64,000 bases of DNA from Octopus sinensis. Taxonomy: Eukaryota. Location of the stretch: assembly GCF_006345805.1 (NCBI RefSeq), contig NC_043004.1, forward strand, positions 80,414,001-80,478,000, written 5' to 3'. A model generated the notes under the pieces. It saw only the letters and a list, made by a program, of their open reading frames with translations, was not told the DNA's origin and ran no database searches. This document shows positions 37,661 through 50,963 of the stretch, one piece after another (within the stretch, counting starts at the first letter, position 1; every line of letters begins with the position of its first letter). The translations under genes were made by a program, and so were the position numbers.

Positions 37661-38934
37661 CATTGATAATGATGATGATGATGATGACAACGATAATAAT
37701 AATAATAAAAATAATAATAATAATGATGATAATAATAACAATAATAATAATAATAATGATAAAATGGTGTGAGATTAAAACCTTCGTGTTTTCCGTCAGA
37801 ATCTCCTTCGAGGATAACAATAAAAAAAAACGTGTTTATTTCTAATTATTTTATTTGGTTTCCCTTTGTTTAATGTTTTGAATGCCGTCATCGGAAAATA
37901 ATGTCTTTGTAGTCGCTCTGACTTGTTTTTTTAGAAATTGGACATGTAGACATAAAATAGGGTCTTTGATGATTGTAGAAAATAATGAGGCTTCCTCGAA
38001 ACCTCTAATTTCATATATATATATATATATAATATAATGTTCGTGTATATATAATGATTGATGCATGCATAATATAGAGCCAGTCATGGGTATATTTTCG
38101 TTGTTGTTCCTTAACGCTTTCATGTTTTGTCTGTGATTCCTAAATAGGAAAATATGACAATAATACAAAAAATATATACAATTTAAAACTTTACAGCACA
38201 ATAAACTGAAGGAGCTTTTGTAAGTCTTTGTGCTTTGAACTCAAACTCGTAAACATCGACTCAAAACATAGATTTTTAACCTAACACCTACAGGCCAAGT
38301 TTTTCTCTTTTTTTCTCTCTCCAAATTCCGAACACTCATTTGATATTCTATTCTGCCTTATTATATACAGTTGAAAGGGCGTCAACAGCATGTTGTCTAA
38401 ATTGTGTTTGTTTAAAAGGATTTTAATAAAAAGTTTCCCCCGCCTTGGTTTTTTGAGAGCTTTTTTGTGTCTCTCTAGCATATGTTTCTTAAACTTTTAA
38501 GATTAAACCAAGTAATGTCTCCTTAAAGCAATATTATGATTGCAATTTTCTATTTCCTCACCCCTACTGTCTCTCTTTGTCTATCTTCGCCTTCCTTTCA
38601 CCTTAGTCTGCTTAAATCACTGCTTTGCTTCACTTGTCTTCAGATAAAGAAAATTAAACACATGTTTTCTTCTTTAAAGATATCATTTTATAAGGTTTAG
38701 CTTTCTCTCTTTTTGTTTTGTATTTTAAATATTTTTCCTTGTTTCTTTTTTCTTCGTTAATTATTCCATACCACAAATATTTCAGCACAACCGCTAATTT
38801 ATCCCCCTCACCTATTTTCTTACATTCTTTTTTTTCTTCTTTTTTATAGAATCCTAAAAACATTATCCTTTCTAAACTGACCCTCAGTACGCTATTGCCA
38901 AGAAACGTGCCAAAATAAAAGCCTGTGCTTGATA

Positions 38935-39200
38935 ACTCCATTTGCTAGAAATAGCAACGAAATCTCTGTCAAATGGCAGATCCGATATTTGAAAAAAAAT
39001 AATAGACACATTTAGTAACGAAGATCTAGTAGTAGCAGCCAGATTACTCTTTATGTAAGACATTCTCCTACAAAGAAGATTAGTTAAACTAGTCTTAAAA
39101 CGTCAGGGTAGTCATGGCTGGAATGCTTTTGCTCATATGTCTGCTCGGTCAGCTGGGTAACTGCAGCATGGTCACTCGATCTACCAGAAATACCAGTTAA
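38935..39200 (+). repeat. ancient highly diverged interspersed repeat (GCTAGAAATAGCAGCCAAATCTC family)
   Basis: Motif recurs at about 5567, 9420 (minus), 16800, 19890, 21355, 22105, 24825 and 62930; downstream GGTCATGGCTGGAATGC motif also recurs. Confidence 0.55.
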
Positions 39201-40044
39201 GTCTTGCACAACTCTATCTTTCATATATATACAAACAGAACACATTAGATAGCGTAGACCTACATTCTTACACCTACGAATAAAACATGATGTTCATACT
39301 TGGAATGTCTTTAATCATGGCTCAACTCAATAAGGATTGACATAGGCTGGACAGCAGTATCAACAACCATAAGTTTAAACGAAGCTTTCACTTTACCTGA
39401 TGCAACTTCATTCTTTTCCTAAACTGCTTATTAATAAACACTATTATAGATTAACGATAAATTTCATCAGAAACGCATTTTTTCTTTAAGAAATACTCAA
39501 TTGTTTTCCTCAAGGATGCAGAATATTGCTTCATCTTGTGTGCTGCGAAACCACACGCCATATGTCTATCCCGCTATCGTAAACAACTGGACAGTTATCT
39601 GTTATTGTTCTCATTAAAACTCCTTAAAACGCTTGTCTGTCTCTCTCTCCCTCTCACACGCACGCACACAAATTCGCGCGTGCACTCTTACCTTCATTAA
39701 CCTCCGTGTTTACTAGTTATCTACTCGTCTCTGTCAGCTGTTTATTGTTGATTATCTAGTTCTTTTTCCTAATAATTCTCTATCTTGACTTTCTGACGCC
39801 CTAAATAACCAGTCTATATATCTACATGTCTATTTTACGTAGATATACTCTCTCTCTCTCTTCCTCTCTCTCTCTCTCTCTCTCTGTATGTAGGTATGTA
39901 TACACATATATACACACACGTATCTTTTCTATATTCTCTTCTCTCTCCCTCTTTTTCTCTTTCTCTTTCCAACTGTGTATACATACACACAATCATACAA
40001 TCATACATACATACATACATACATACATACATACATACATACAT

Positions 40045-40077
<33 letters not shown>

Positions 40078-40417
40078 TACATATATGTATGCATACATAT
40101 ATACATACATACATACTTACATATACACATACATATATACATACACACGTACATGCGTAGGTACCTACATATACAAACAAACATACACATACATACATAC
40201 ATACATACGGCTTCCCAAATCCCCGGTCGAACCGTCCAACCCATGCTAGCATGTAGAATGGACGTTAAACGATGATGATGATGATGATACGTACATACAT
40301 ACATACATAGCTATGTACATATGAATAGTTTCACTCTGATTCTCGTCTCACGCATTGTACTCCTTATGATCTCTCACGTCTGTGGCACTGTCTCCTTGTT
40401 TTTCTGTCTGTCTCCCC

Positions 40418-40451
<34 letters not shown>

Positions 40452-41256
40452 CACATACACACACAAGTGCGCGCGCGTGCATGCGCCCCCCATCACTTCC
40501 CTTCGTTGCCAAGAAATTCTTTAAAGATGTTACCAATTAAGATAAACTAGATACATGACCGATACCTTTTATGACTATAGCGATGATGATGATGATGATG
40601 ATGATTGTCGTCGTCAGCAGCAACATTACCATCGTTATGAGAAACAAGAGACCAGTAAAATCGTTTATTGTGTGTAATGCCTGTTTTCCTTGCTGGCATG
40701 GGTTGGAAGCGTAATGAATCACTTAATGATTGAGAATGGCTACGATGATAGTCAAAATAATGTTGTTCTTGTTGTTATTTATGTTGGCGGTGTTAGTGGT
40801 GGTGGTGATGGTGATGGTGATGTTTATTGTAAATAGCTTTAATGATAATTTGTCAGACTGAACGTAAGTAATGATTGTAAGTAAAGACTATTTAGACAGT
40901 CGGAACAATGGTGATGGTGATGGTGGTGTTGTCGATGGCGGCGGTGGTGGTGGTGGTGGTGGTTGTGGAGATATTTGGTGATGCTGCTGCTGATGCTGTT
41001 GACAGCAATGGCGATGATGTTGATCATGATGATGTGGTTGTGATGGCGGTAGTAGTGATGGTGGCGATGATGATGATGATGAAGGTAGGTGGTGGTGGTG
41101 GTGGTGATGTTCATATTGCTTTTTCCTTTTAACATTTTTCCTTAAGGAATCTCTCCAATGGTTGTGGCCATGTGTCTTATTTCAATCTTGTATTTCAGAT
41201 ACGATCCCTACCACACCTCGTTTCTTTGGCTTCCTTCAGACAAAATCGTCAACAGC

Positions 41257-41296
<40 letters not shown>

Positions 41297-41299
41297 TGG

Positions 41300-41465
41300 T
41301 GATAATAATTCTTTCTTTATTGGCCACCAGGGCCGAACACAAAACACAGAGGACGATAGACAGACGAAAGACTCAACAATACGCTTACCCAATAGGGGAG
41401 AGTTTCTACGTAAAGTGACCAAAGAGATCTCACGCACTTTGGATCCCTTGACACCAACGGCTCCT
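41300..41465 (-). mobile_element. LINE-like 3' end
   Basis: Minus strand ...GGCCCTGGTGGCCAATAAAGAAAGAATTATT plus (ATT)n tail. Confidence 0.5.
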
Positions 41466-41933
41466 CAGTACACGCAGTCTTTGGTCATATTCTCTTCTAT
41501 TGGTGGTTTTACTCGAAGGAGATATTTGCGAAGTGTTGTATTACTCCTGAATACTGTCCTGATGTCATATGAGCCGCATATCTTTTGTATCTTTTCGGAG
41601 AGGCCTTTCAAATAGGGTAGACAGACTGTGGACAGTTTATTGGCCCCACCCTCTCTCTTCATAATTGGAGTGGATAGTACACTTTTGTTACTGAGCTTGA
41701 TCGTTTCTTCGTGGTGTGTATCACGATTGCTACTTATATTCTTTGCACGATGTTTTAGGCACTGAGCAATCCCTCTCTTTACACTGTATGGATAGTGGAA
41801 ATTGAAGCTGCGGTATCGCTTGCGATATACGGATGTCCTGAATTCATAATTGGTGCGTGTTATTAATACGTCCAGGAATGCCAGCTGATTGTCTATTTCC
41901 TTTTCCATTGTGAACAGTGATCTAACACCACTT
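41465..41933 (-). mobile_element. Penelope-like element fragment (RT C-terminus and linker up to the start of GIY-YIG)
   Basis: FTMEKEIDNQLAFLDVLITR...TSVYRK...HYPYSVKRGI...LPYLKGLSEKI.KI...DIRTVF....TLRKYL....CVY is the Penelope RT thumb/linker signature. Confidence 0.9.
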
Positions 41934-41951
41934 GGACATCTTCCTGGTGGG

Positions 41952-42035
41952 AAGTGCTGTTAGATCATGTGAACTCAATAAAGCCATCCATACAGTTCAC
42001 AATGGAAAAGGAAAAAGACAATCACTTCGACATCT
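41952..42035 (+). mobile_element. inverted Penelope RT fragment
   Basis: Translates EVLLDHVNSIKPSIQFTMEKEKDNH; inverted copy of 41887-41933. Confidence 0.8.
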
Positions 42036-42114
42036 TCCATGTAGGAACCCACTACCCACATAGTTCCTACCAGGAATAAGGCCAAACCTGAGCCAAATCA
42101 AATTAATAATGATT

Positions 42115-42325
42115 TCAAATTTTGGCACAAGGCAAGTAGTTTCGAGGGAGGGAGTAAGTCGATTACATCAACCCCAGTACACAACTGGTACTTAATTTAT
42201 CGACCCTGAAAGAATGAAAGGCAAAGTCGACCTCGGTGGAATTTGAACTTAAAATGTAAAGACAGACGAAACGCCGCTAAGCATTTTGCCCGGCATGCTA
42301 ACGATTCTGCCAGCTCACTGCTTTA
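42115..42325 (-). mobile_element. SINE family A
   Basis: Complete reverse-complement copy. Confidence 0.85.
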
Positions 42326-42330
42326 ATGAA

Positions 42331-42366
<36 letters not shown>

Positions 42367-43106
42367 GTTTTCTTTGTTCACCACTAAGGGTTCACAAAAA
42401 ATATTGGGAATGGTACAGCACAAAACAATACGGTGTTACATAAATAGAAGCGTGTAAAAAGTAAATAAAAACGATAAGAATATAAATTTCCAAATTCCTT
42501 AAAAGAGGGAGACTTCCTATGGCTGTTTGAGGAGACCCTTGCAAAACCATGGTCGACCTGACCACTACGGCAAGCACCTTTCGTCCTCCTTCAATCGACA
42601 GGCGCTTGCTTAGCCACCTTGCAATAAAATTACTGCAAGGCAGCATTCCTTCTCTACCGTCACCTTTTGACGGCGGCGACCAAGATGATGATAATAATGA
42701 GGAGGAAGAGGAAAAATCTCATATACTAAAGGCACAAGGCTTGAAATTTGCTGGGAGTCGGGGTGAAGTCGATTTTATCCAACCCCAAGGATCAATGGCT
42801 AAGTTGACCAAAGTAAAGGTCAAGCCTGATGAAATTTCTCCAATTTCACTTACAAAGCTTCGGGTCGACTCGAGGCTTTGGTGAATGATACGTCACGCAG
42901 CAGCATTTAACCCTGGGCTTCGTGGTTGCGTAACGAACTCTTCTGAACCACGGTACATGGTCAATGCTATCTTGACAATAATGTAAAAACTATGATGATG
43001 GCCACCGCCGCCATCGTCGTCATCGTCAACTCTGCCATTTTCGTTCCTAATTCTCTGTTTCGGATCGTCTCTCCAACTTCGAAATTTGCCAAGGAAAGGT
43101 TTTGAC

Positions 43107-43255
43107 CAGTTGTTCCCAAGCTGTACTCTGCAAAGGTAGAACTGGGGATCCGTCAGCATGTTAAGCTGATAGACCTTTCAATGTCCAGGGGTCTGTGGGG
43201 GAAAACTCATTTAAATAAAAAGGGTCTTTGGTAATGAAAAGGCTGGGAACCACTG
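43107..43255. mobile_element. hAT-type MITE, 149 bp
   Basis: TIRs CAGTTGTTCCCAAGC / GGCTGGGAACCACTG; flanking 8-mers GTTTTGAC and GCTTAGAC (6 of 8 match). Confidence 0.7.
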
Positions 43256-43269
43256 GCTTAGACGGTTCA

Positions 43270-43300
<31 letters not shown>

Positions 43301-43919
43301 GCTACTGCTACTGCTGCTACCACAGCCGCCGTCATCACCACCATCACCTTAATTATCAAAACAATCATCGTTGTCACTCTCATCATCATCATCATCATCA
43401 TCATCACTATCGTCGTCGGCGTCTCATCAATGTCGTCATCACCACCACCACCATCATCATCATCATCTGCGTTTCATCCTCCTCCTCCATGTGTGTTGCA
43501 ATTGATATACCAAGACGATAACCTCCAGTAGCATCGACTTTCCTGATAGTCAGCCATTACTCATTCAAACAACCGCCACTACCACCGCCACTACCACCAC
43601 CGCCGCTGCCACATCACAACTCCCCCCTCATCCCCGCCTCCACCTCTCAACATCAACTCTTATCTTGGCAGCATTTTATGTTCTCTTCTTTATATTTATG
43701 TATGTCTTATTTTCGTTTTCCTTCATTTACAATCTGCTTTTCTTCTCTTCTCTTCTCTTCTCTTCTTTTCGTTCTTTTCTTGTGCCTTCATTCACTATTT
43801 AACCCTCCTTCCTTCCTTCTTTCCTTTCTCCATTACAGTAACTTGTCTAGATTCATTACAACTCCATCACATTTAAGGCAGTAAAAGACTATGGCGATAT
43901 TTAATGAAGAACCCTCCCC

Positions 43920-44356
43920 CACAAGGGGGAGATTATTTTGAATTGCTAGTAATAGTTGTAGTGGTGATGGTGGTGATGGTAGTGGTTTTAGTGGTGGTTA
44001 TAGTGGCGGCGATAGCCGTGGTGGCTGTGGTTGTGGTTATTTGTGCTGGCAGCAGCTGTAGTAGTGGTGGAATCTATAGTGATGATGGTTGTGATAGCGG
44101 TACCGATAATGTTTGATTCTGGTTGGGGTTATAGAGGCAGTGATAATGATACGTATGATGCTGCTGCTGTTGTTGTTGGCGGTGGTAGGGGCGGTGGTCG
44201 TCGTTGTTGTTGTGGCCATAACAGGGGTGGTAGTGGTGTTGTTCGTGATGGTGAAGATGGTAGCGGTACAGCTTAATGTCAATTGTGGTTGAAGTGAGAG
44301 AAGCAATGTTAATGATACCTGTGTTGTTGTTGGTGGTGGTGGTAGTGATGGTGCTT

Positions 44357-44393
<37 letters not shown>

Positions 44394-44400
44394 AGAGGTA
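43920..44400. repeat. (GGT)/(GTA)/(GTT) trinucleotide mosaic
   Basis: Direct reading. Confidence 0.85.
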
Positions 44401-44627
44401 GAAGCTAACCAACAGTAACAAATTGGTAGCATTTCTCATATTCAGTGACTAATTCTCATTAGAATTACAATCAGAACCAGACGATTGGTTTCGTTTTAGG
44501 AATTGTTTCGACGGGTGGATGGGCGGTTGTTTGAAAAACCTCCCCAGCATTCAGTATTCAGTCTTATTTACATATTTACAATTGGCCGGTCGCAGTTCTG
44601 TGAACAAAAGTTGTATTAAGAAGAGCA

Positions 44628-44787
44628 AAAGGCACAGGATTGAGTGTGTGGTAAGTACTTTGCTTCCCAACCACATGGTTCCGGGTTCAGTCCCACTGCA
44701 TCGCACCTTGGGCAAGTATCTTCTACTATAGCCTCGATCTGACCAAAGCCTTGTGAGTTAGTAGACGGAAACTGAAAGAAGCCCCTC

Positions 44788-44824
<37 letters not shown>

Positions 44825-45035
44825 TGTTTATATGTCTGTTTGTCTTCCACCGCCACCATCGCTTGACAACCGATGTTGGCGTGTTTACGTCTCCATTAGC
44901 TAGCGGGTCGGCAAAAGCGACCGGTAGAATAAGTACTAGGCTCACAAAGAATAAAGTCCTGGGATCGCTTTGTTTGACGAAAGGCGGTGCTCCAGCATGG
45001 CCGCAATCAAATGTCTAAAACAAATAAAGATTAAA
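44628..45035 (+). mobile_element. SINE family B, full length
   Basis: GGCACAGGATTGAGTGTGTGGTAAG through CAGCATGGCCGCAATCAAATG. Confidence 0.9.
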
Positions 45036-46360
45036 AGAAAGAATATATATTCATTCATACACACACTCACACATACATTATATATGTGTGCATGTGTTGT
45101 ATATATATGTATGCATACATATGTATATACGTATGTTTATACATATATATGTCCACTCGCACAAACACACACACACACACACACACACAACACACACACA
45201 CACACTTATTACAAATCTTTTTCCAAACGCAACGCATTCACATTTAATCGACAGACACGGTTCGAAAAAGTACCGGCAAAAAACAAAAAAAGAATAATGG
45301 TTAAAGAATCCTCTATTTTTAAGAATGATATCAGATTCAGATTTAACCACGGTGAGCTTGATTTGAGAAGTGTAGTAGCACTAAATAAAGTGCTTCAAAC
45401 ATAGATACAAATGGTGGACTTTAAACCGGATGAGTCAAAATTCTGATAGTGAAAAACAAACTTCGATACAGGTAATCAAAAAGGACAATGACTAGCTTTA
45501 GAAATGTGAAAAACGATTGAAAATTTATGGTTGTTTTATGATAAGATTATCGAATAAATTGTAGAAAAAGATTCAGATGAGATGCTGAATTAATATACTG
45601 TACATATGTTATGGTATTGTGCGTATTCATTTTATAGTGTTTTGTGTAAAATCGACGAGAGAAGTGGATGTATGAGTAGAAATATATATCTAGCGCCAGA
45701 ATTTAGCGACTGTTAAAGTTAAAGAGAAATAATTAAGGGAATGTGTTATAGAAACATGTAACCTTTTTTATGATTTGTATATTGTAAGTGTCGTTTATGT
45801 GTCGCGAGAAATAACATAACAAGGGAATGATATGAGAATGAAATGATCGACACAAACCTCATGCATGAAGTTTTACTAAGTCGGAAACTGTGCAGAAGCC
45901 TATCCATGAATTGTATCGATAATTCAAGGGGCCAGTTATAACTATAAATGGATCAAATGTCTGTAATACTCAGTCACAAAAAGGGTTAATACAAATGTAC
46001 AAGTAATTCAGATGATCAGACATTATGAATTACTACTCATCGGTACAACTGACGGAGATCCTTATGTAATTTTACCAAAAGTCTGCTATTCATATTATTC
46101 CTCTTCTTTCTTTGATTCTCTCTACGAGTTCCTCAAGATATCGGTTTACCATATTGCTGCATTGGTTTTACGATTTTTCTTCGCTGAAATCTATTTTTTG
46201 GCACTGGTTCCTGTTTTTCACCTGTTAATATATACTAGGTGTGTTAAAGCAGACGTGAAACGCAGTGGCATGCTGGGATTGGATGAAGCTTGTGAAAGCG
46301 ATGTTTACTTTTCGCTGAATAGTACAAACATTGATATGTTTTACAACAGTTGCAACAACA

Positions 46361-46694
46361 GTGGAGGTGCAATGGCCAAGTGGTTAGTGCAGTGGACTCG
46401 CGGTCGGAGGATCGCGGTTTCGATTCCCAGACCGGGCGTTGTGTGTGTGTTTATTGAGCGAAAACACCTAAAGCTCTACGAGGCTCCGGCAGGGGGGGGG
46501 GGGTCGACCCCTGCTGTACTCTTTCGCTCCAACTTTCTCTCACTCTTTCTTCCTGTTTCTTGTCCCCGACTTCCTACTCAACCGCTGAGCCTGGATGCGC
46601 ACTCATCCATCCGTCGATGCTCTCGGTGTCGGGGGTTGACCTGCTTTCTCTTCTGCGGGTCTTACGAATACGTTTCGGACTTCTCCCACTACAG
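46361..46694 (+). mobile_element. SINE family C, full length, with tail Y and TSD
   Basis: A-box TGGCCAAGTGG, tRNA-Arg-like loop GACTCGCG, B-box GGTTTCGATTCCC; 13-bp TSD CAACAGTTGCAAC at 46344 and 46695. Confidence 0.9.
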
Positions 46695-46844
46695 CAACAG
46701 TTGCAACCACAACAAATTCTACCATTTTGACGCGATGGCGATCATCATCGTCATCATCATCATCGTCACCGTCGATTTACGTTTCAAACTCCAACTATTA
46801 ACAATAGCAAAATTATTTTACTAAATTCTTAATCTTTTATCCAT

Positions 46845-47150
46845 TGACTTTGTTTCAGCCATTAGACTGCGGCCATGCTGGAGCACCGCTTCGAAGAATT
46901 TTAATCTAACGAATCGACCCCAGTGTTTAATTCTTTTTTTTTTTTTGTTTTTGCTCCCTTTTACCGAATCGCTATGTTACGAGTTGTCAAGCAGTGGTGG
47001 CGGACAGATACACACACACACACATGCACGAAGGGCTTTTTCCAGTTTCCGTCTACTATAGCACGAGGCTGTAGGAGAAGAAACTTGCCAAAGATCTCAC
47101 GTAGTGGGATTGAACCTAGAACCATGTGGTTGGGAAGCAAGCTTCTTATT
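46845..47150 (-). mobile_element. SINE family B
   Basis: Reverse complement of both halves with internal deletions. Confidence 0.8.
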
Positions 47151-47179
47151 AAATTTCATGTTTCAAATACTAGCTTAAT

Positions 47180-47395
47180 CTTGGTTTCAAATTATAGCAC
47201 AAGGGCAGCAATTCTGGGGTGTAAGTCGATTAAATAGATCCCAGTACGCAACTGGTACTTATTTTATCGACCCCGAAACGATGAAAAGCAAAGTCGATTT
47301 CGACGGCATTTGAACTCGATACGTAAAGACGGTGACACGCTGCTTAGCATTTCGCCCGGCGTGCTATAAAGAGTCTGCCAGCTCGCTGCCTTAAT
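47180..47395 (-). mobile_element. SINE family A
   Basis: Complete reverse-complement copy. Confidence 0.85.
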
Positions 47396-48351
47396 ACTAG
47401 TTTATTATCGACAAAGATATTTTGCTAAATTAGTTAAGACAAATGCAATGCAGTCTTAACTGGAATATGATAACAAAAGTGGCTAAAGACCGGTGTAGTT
47501 TAATCTAAGTTCCCAGCGTGTTCTGAAAAGAATATAGCATTCTCAAGGTAGAGATACACTAATCCACATGAAATATATTCGGATTATTAAAAGATTATCA
47601 ATCTAGTTATCTTTTAATGGTTTTTATCCATATTTTCGACCGATATAAGTTTTGAGGATGTTCGTTGAAAATTATTCTAATCAAAACGCAGTGATATAAA
47701 TAAAATAGTAAGACAAGAAATAGTTGAGTTTAATATAATCCAATCGATAATTACTGTGCCTAATTTATCTGAGAAGATCTATGGTTAGTATTCATGTCTA
47801 TTGTTGTTATTTATACGCACTACTTATCAGCTAAACATAGTTTACACGTGTCACTGGTCCGGAGAGACATTGTGATAAGACCAATGAAAGGAAAAGCGCA
47901 AATTAATATGTCACGGGATTAAAAACTTATTAAAACAATATCGGGTTAGGATTTTTTTTCTGTCTTTTTGTCGTCATTGTGTACAAATAAGTAAAGAAAT
48001 AAATAATAGTTTCTAGTTGCGACAGGGGCATAGATGATACACGGACAGACAAACAATTTGTGTAGGGGTTTATGAGAAGAGTAGAGTAAACTGGGATAAA
48101 AATATATATAGTTGACAAAGAATGTGATAACATAAATGATGCTGTTCTCCTGATTAAAGGAGAAACTTTAGCTAGGGCCAATCAAGGAACCCCACAGATC
48201 TCAGATTACCTAACCACCAAAGATACGAGCTGTCACCCTCGTTCTCCAAATCTAAAGGCGTTTGCTTATGTAGGATCATTCAATCTAATAATTTTTGCCA
48301 GTCACCTGTGTTTTCGCAAATTCGCTGGGAGATTGCACTTTTCACCTTCAC

Positions 48352-48399
<48 letters not shown>

Positions 48400-48414
48400 T
48401 ATTATTATTATTAT

Positions 48415-48630
48415 TGCTGGCAGAATCGTTAGCATACCTGGCAAAATGTATTGCAGTGTTTTGTTCATCTTCACGTTCTGAGTTCAAATTCCGCCGAGGT
48501 AGACTTTGCCTTTCATCCTTTCGAGGTCGATTTAATAAGTACCAGTTACGCACTGGGGTCGATGTAATCGACTTAATCTACTCCAAGCTACCCTTGTGGC
48601 GAAAATTTGAAATCATTATTATTATTATTA

Positions 48631-48710
<80 letters not shown>

Positions 48711-48905
48711 GCTGGCAGAATCGTTAGCATACCTGGCAAAATGTATGCAGTGTTTTGTTCATCTTCACGTTCTGAGTTCAAATTCCGCCGAGGTAGACTT
48801 TGCCTTTCATCCTTCCGGAGTCTATTAAATAAGTACCAGTTACGCACTGGGGTCGATGTAATCGACTTAATCTACTCCAAGCTACCCTTGTGGCGAAAAT
48901 TTGAA

Positions 48906-48910
<5 letters not shown>
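48415..48910 (+). mobile_element. tandem duplication of one SINE family A copy with its (TAT)n flank
   Basis: 48415-48612 and 48710-48910 share private variants such as ATACCTGGCAAAATGT and CTACTCCAAGCTACCC. Confidence 0.9.
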
Positions 48911-48956
<46 letters not shown>

Positions 48957-48999
48957 GATGGTGTGCACGTATGTTTTACATTCGGAATCAATATGTGTG

Positions 49000-49195
49000 C
49001 GCCTTTGTGTCTCTATCCCCCACCGCCACCACTTCACAGCCGGTGTTGGTGCGTTTACGTCCCTGTAAATTAGCGATTCGCTTAATGATTAAGTACCAGG
49101 CTTTTAAAAAATAAGTCTTGGGGTCGATTTGCTCGACTAAATCCCATCAAGGTGGTGCCCCAGCATGACCGCGGTCAAATGACTGAAACAAGAAG
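49000..49195 (+). mobile_element. SINE family B, 3' half
   Basis: GGGGTCGATTTGCTCGACTAAA...CAGCATGACCGCGGTCAAATGACTGAAACAAG. Confidence 0.75.
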
Positions 49196-49869
49196 GAAAA
49201 AATAGCACACACATACACGCACATATTTTAAAAAATTGGGAAAAATCACTCCTAGTGGCCATTGGAATGTATTTGAACACCATAGGCTAATACAAGTATA
49301 TCAAATACCATACAATATATATATATATCCGCCTCTAGATGTGTCACGCTTACTAAGTGACACTTGAGAACAACTACGTGTACATGTCTATTTATATGCA
49401 TGCATGTATGTATGTGTATATATATATATGTACGTATAATATGTATGCATGTACATATATTTGATTGTATCAACTTAAAAGTAGATTTTCGTGTCAGTAC
49501 TCACGAATTCAGCTCCGAAAGATGAAAGGCCCCTAAAAATCAAGGTGACAGGTGGTGGTGAGTATCTTTGTTGCTAAAAATTTATTTCTTAAAAATAATG
49601 AGATGAAATCCCACAGCAGATATCGAGCAGAAAAGTAGATTTCATTTCCATTGTACGGTTGAGTGGTTTAAAGTACCAGTTCCTTACTACGATGTTGGTG
49701 GTGGTCGAGGCGGGGATCAGTCAGTCACGCTTCAGTGATTAGAATCGTGTATGTCAACAAGGACGGCCTAAACTGTCGGCCGTACAATTATAGAATAGCA
49801 TAGACGGGAATGGTGGTGGTAGTGGTAGTAGTAGTAGTAGTGATGGTGGCGGTGGTGTATCACTCATTG

Positions 49870-50070
49870 TTATCTTTTTCTTTGTTTTAGTCATTGGACT
49901 GCGGCCACGCTGTAGCACTGCCGTGAAAAGTTTGGTCGAACAAATCAATCTTAGAACCTGTTCTTTTTTTAAATTCTGGTGTTTATTTTATCGGTCGATT
50001 ATGCCAAAGCGCTAAGTTACGAGGACATAAATAAATCGCCACCGGTTGTCAAGCTAGGTTGGAACAAACA
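49870..50070 (-). mobile_element. SINE family B, 3' half
   Basis: CATTGGACTGCGGCCACGCTG...GCTAAGTTACGAGGAC. Confidence 0.7.
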
Positions 50071-50095
50071 CAAACATGCTCCTGCACACACACAC

Positions 50096-50153
<58 letters not shown>

Positions 50154-50364
50154 TATATATGTATGTATATAATGTGTTGCATTTGGAAAAAGATTTGCAA
50201 TAAGTGTGTGTGTGCTTGTGCGAGTGGACGTGTATATGTATAAACATACATATATACATATGTATACGTATATATATATATGTGAGTGTGTGTGTATGTA
50301 TATACATACATGTGTATACACACGCACACACACACACACACACATGCATATATATATTGATATG

Positions 50365-50609
50365 ATGGTGGGATATCGGTATCTCCCACTCCCAAGCTCA
50401 TTCTGACGCCTTGCCTGAACTGTGACGTCCAAATGTTCATAGTACTCGACGGTGTAGGCAAGAAGTTGAAAACTTTTTGGGCCCATGACATTCCATGGAC
50501 TGTATGTAATGTATGTGTAAAATTTGAACGAAATCGGTTGTGTAGTTCTCGAGTTTTAGGGATTGGCACAGACAGACAGACATGCTCATCTTTATATATA
50601 TAGATTAGA
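50365..50609 (-). mobile_element. non-autonomous Helitron, 5' part
   Basis: Minus strand begins A|TCTAATCTATATATATAAAGATGAGCATGTCTGTCTG...AACCGATTTCGTTCAAATTTTACAC, a typical Helitron 5' end; no 3' hairpin-CTAG seen. Confidence 0.65.
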
Positions 50610-50925
50610 TGTACTGTAATCTGGGTAAGAGAAATCGAAGACATTTGCGGTAGTAATTACGTACAGTCTTATTTACTTATGTTTACAACCAATAAAGAAT
50701 GCAAAAATCTCACTCAATGAGGTTACCAAGCAACCCTATATTGTGTCGGTAGTTACCATCCAGCCACTATTTTAACGGCCGACACCACTCTAATGAGCCA
50801 TAGTACCGTAGGGTACTTACTATAAGGCCGCTGACATGGATGGCTGCTTCGGTGTAATACTCACACTGGCTTCTTACATAAAAACGAAACCGATGGTACA
50901 TCTCTCTCTCTCTCTTTCTCTAGTA

Positions 50926-50963
<38 letters not shown>

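Noticed and set aside
46361-46440. tRNA-Arg-like gene
   Set aside because: A- and B-boxes are present but the acceptor stem does not close, and it continues into a SINE body bounded by a TSD
46012-46824. Longest ORF (270 aa)
   Set aside because: It runs straight through a TSD-flanked SINE C insertion and a trinucleotide tract; a chance open frame with no recognisable domain
49498-49557. Exon-like segment (LTNSAPKDERPLKIKVTGG) with GTGAGT donor
   Set aside because: Its core CCGAAAGATGAAAGGC is a SINE A remnant
50743-50785. Hairpin GTGTCGG..GTTA/TAAC..CCGACAC as a miRNA precursor
   Set aside because: Only about 11 paired positions; too short
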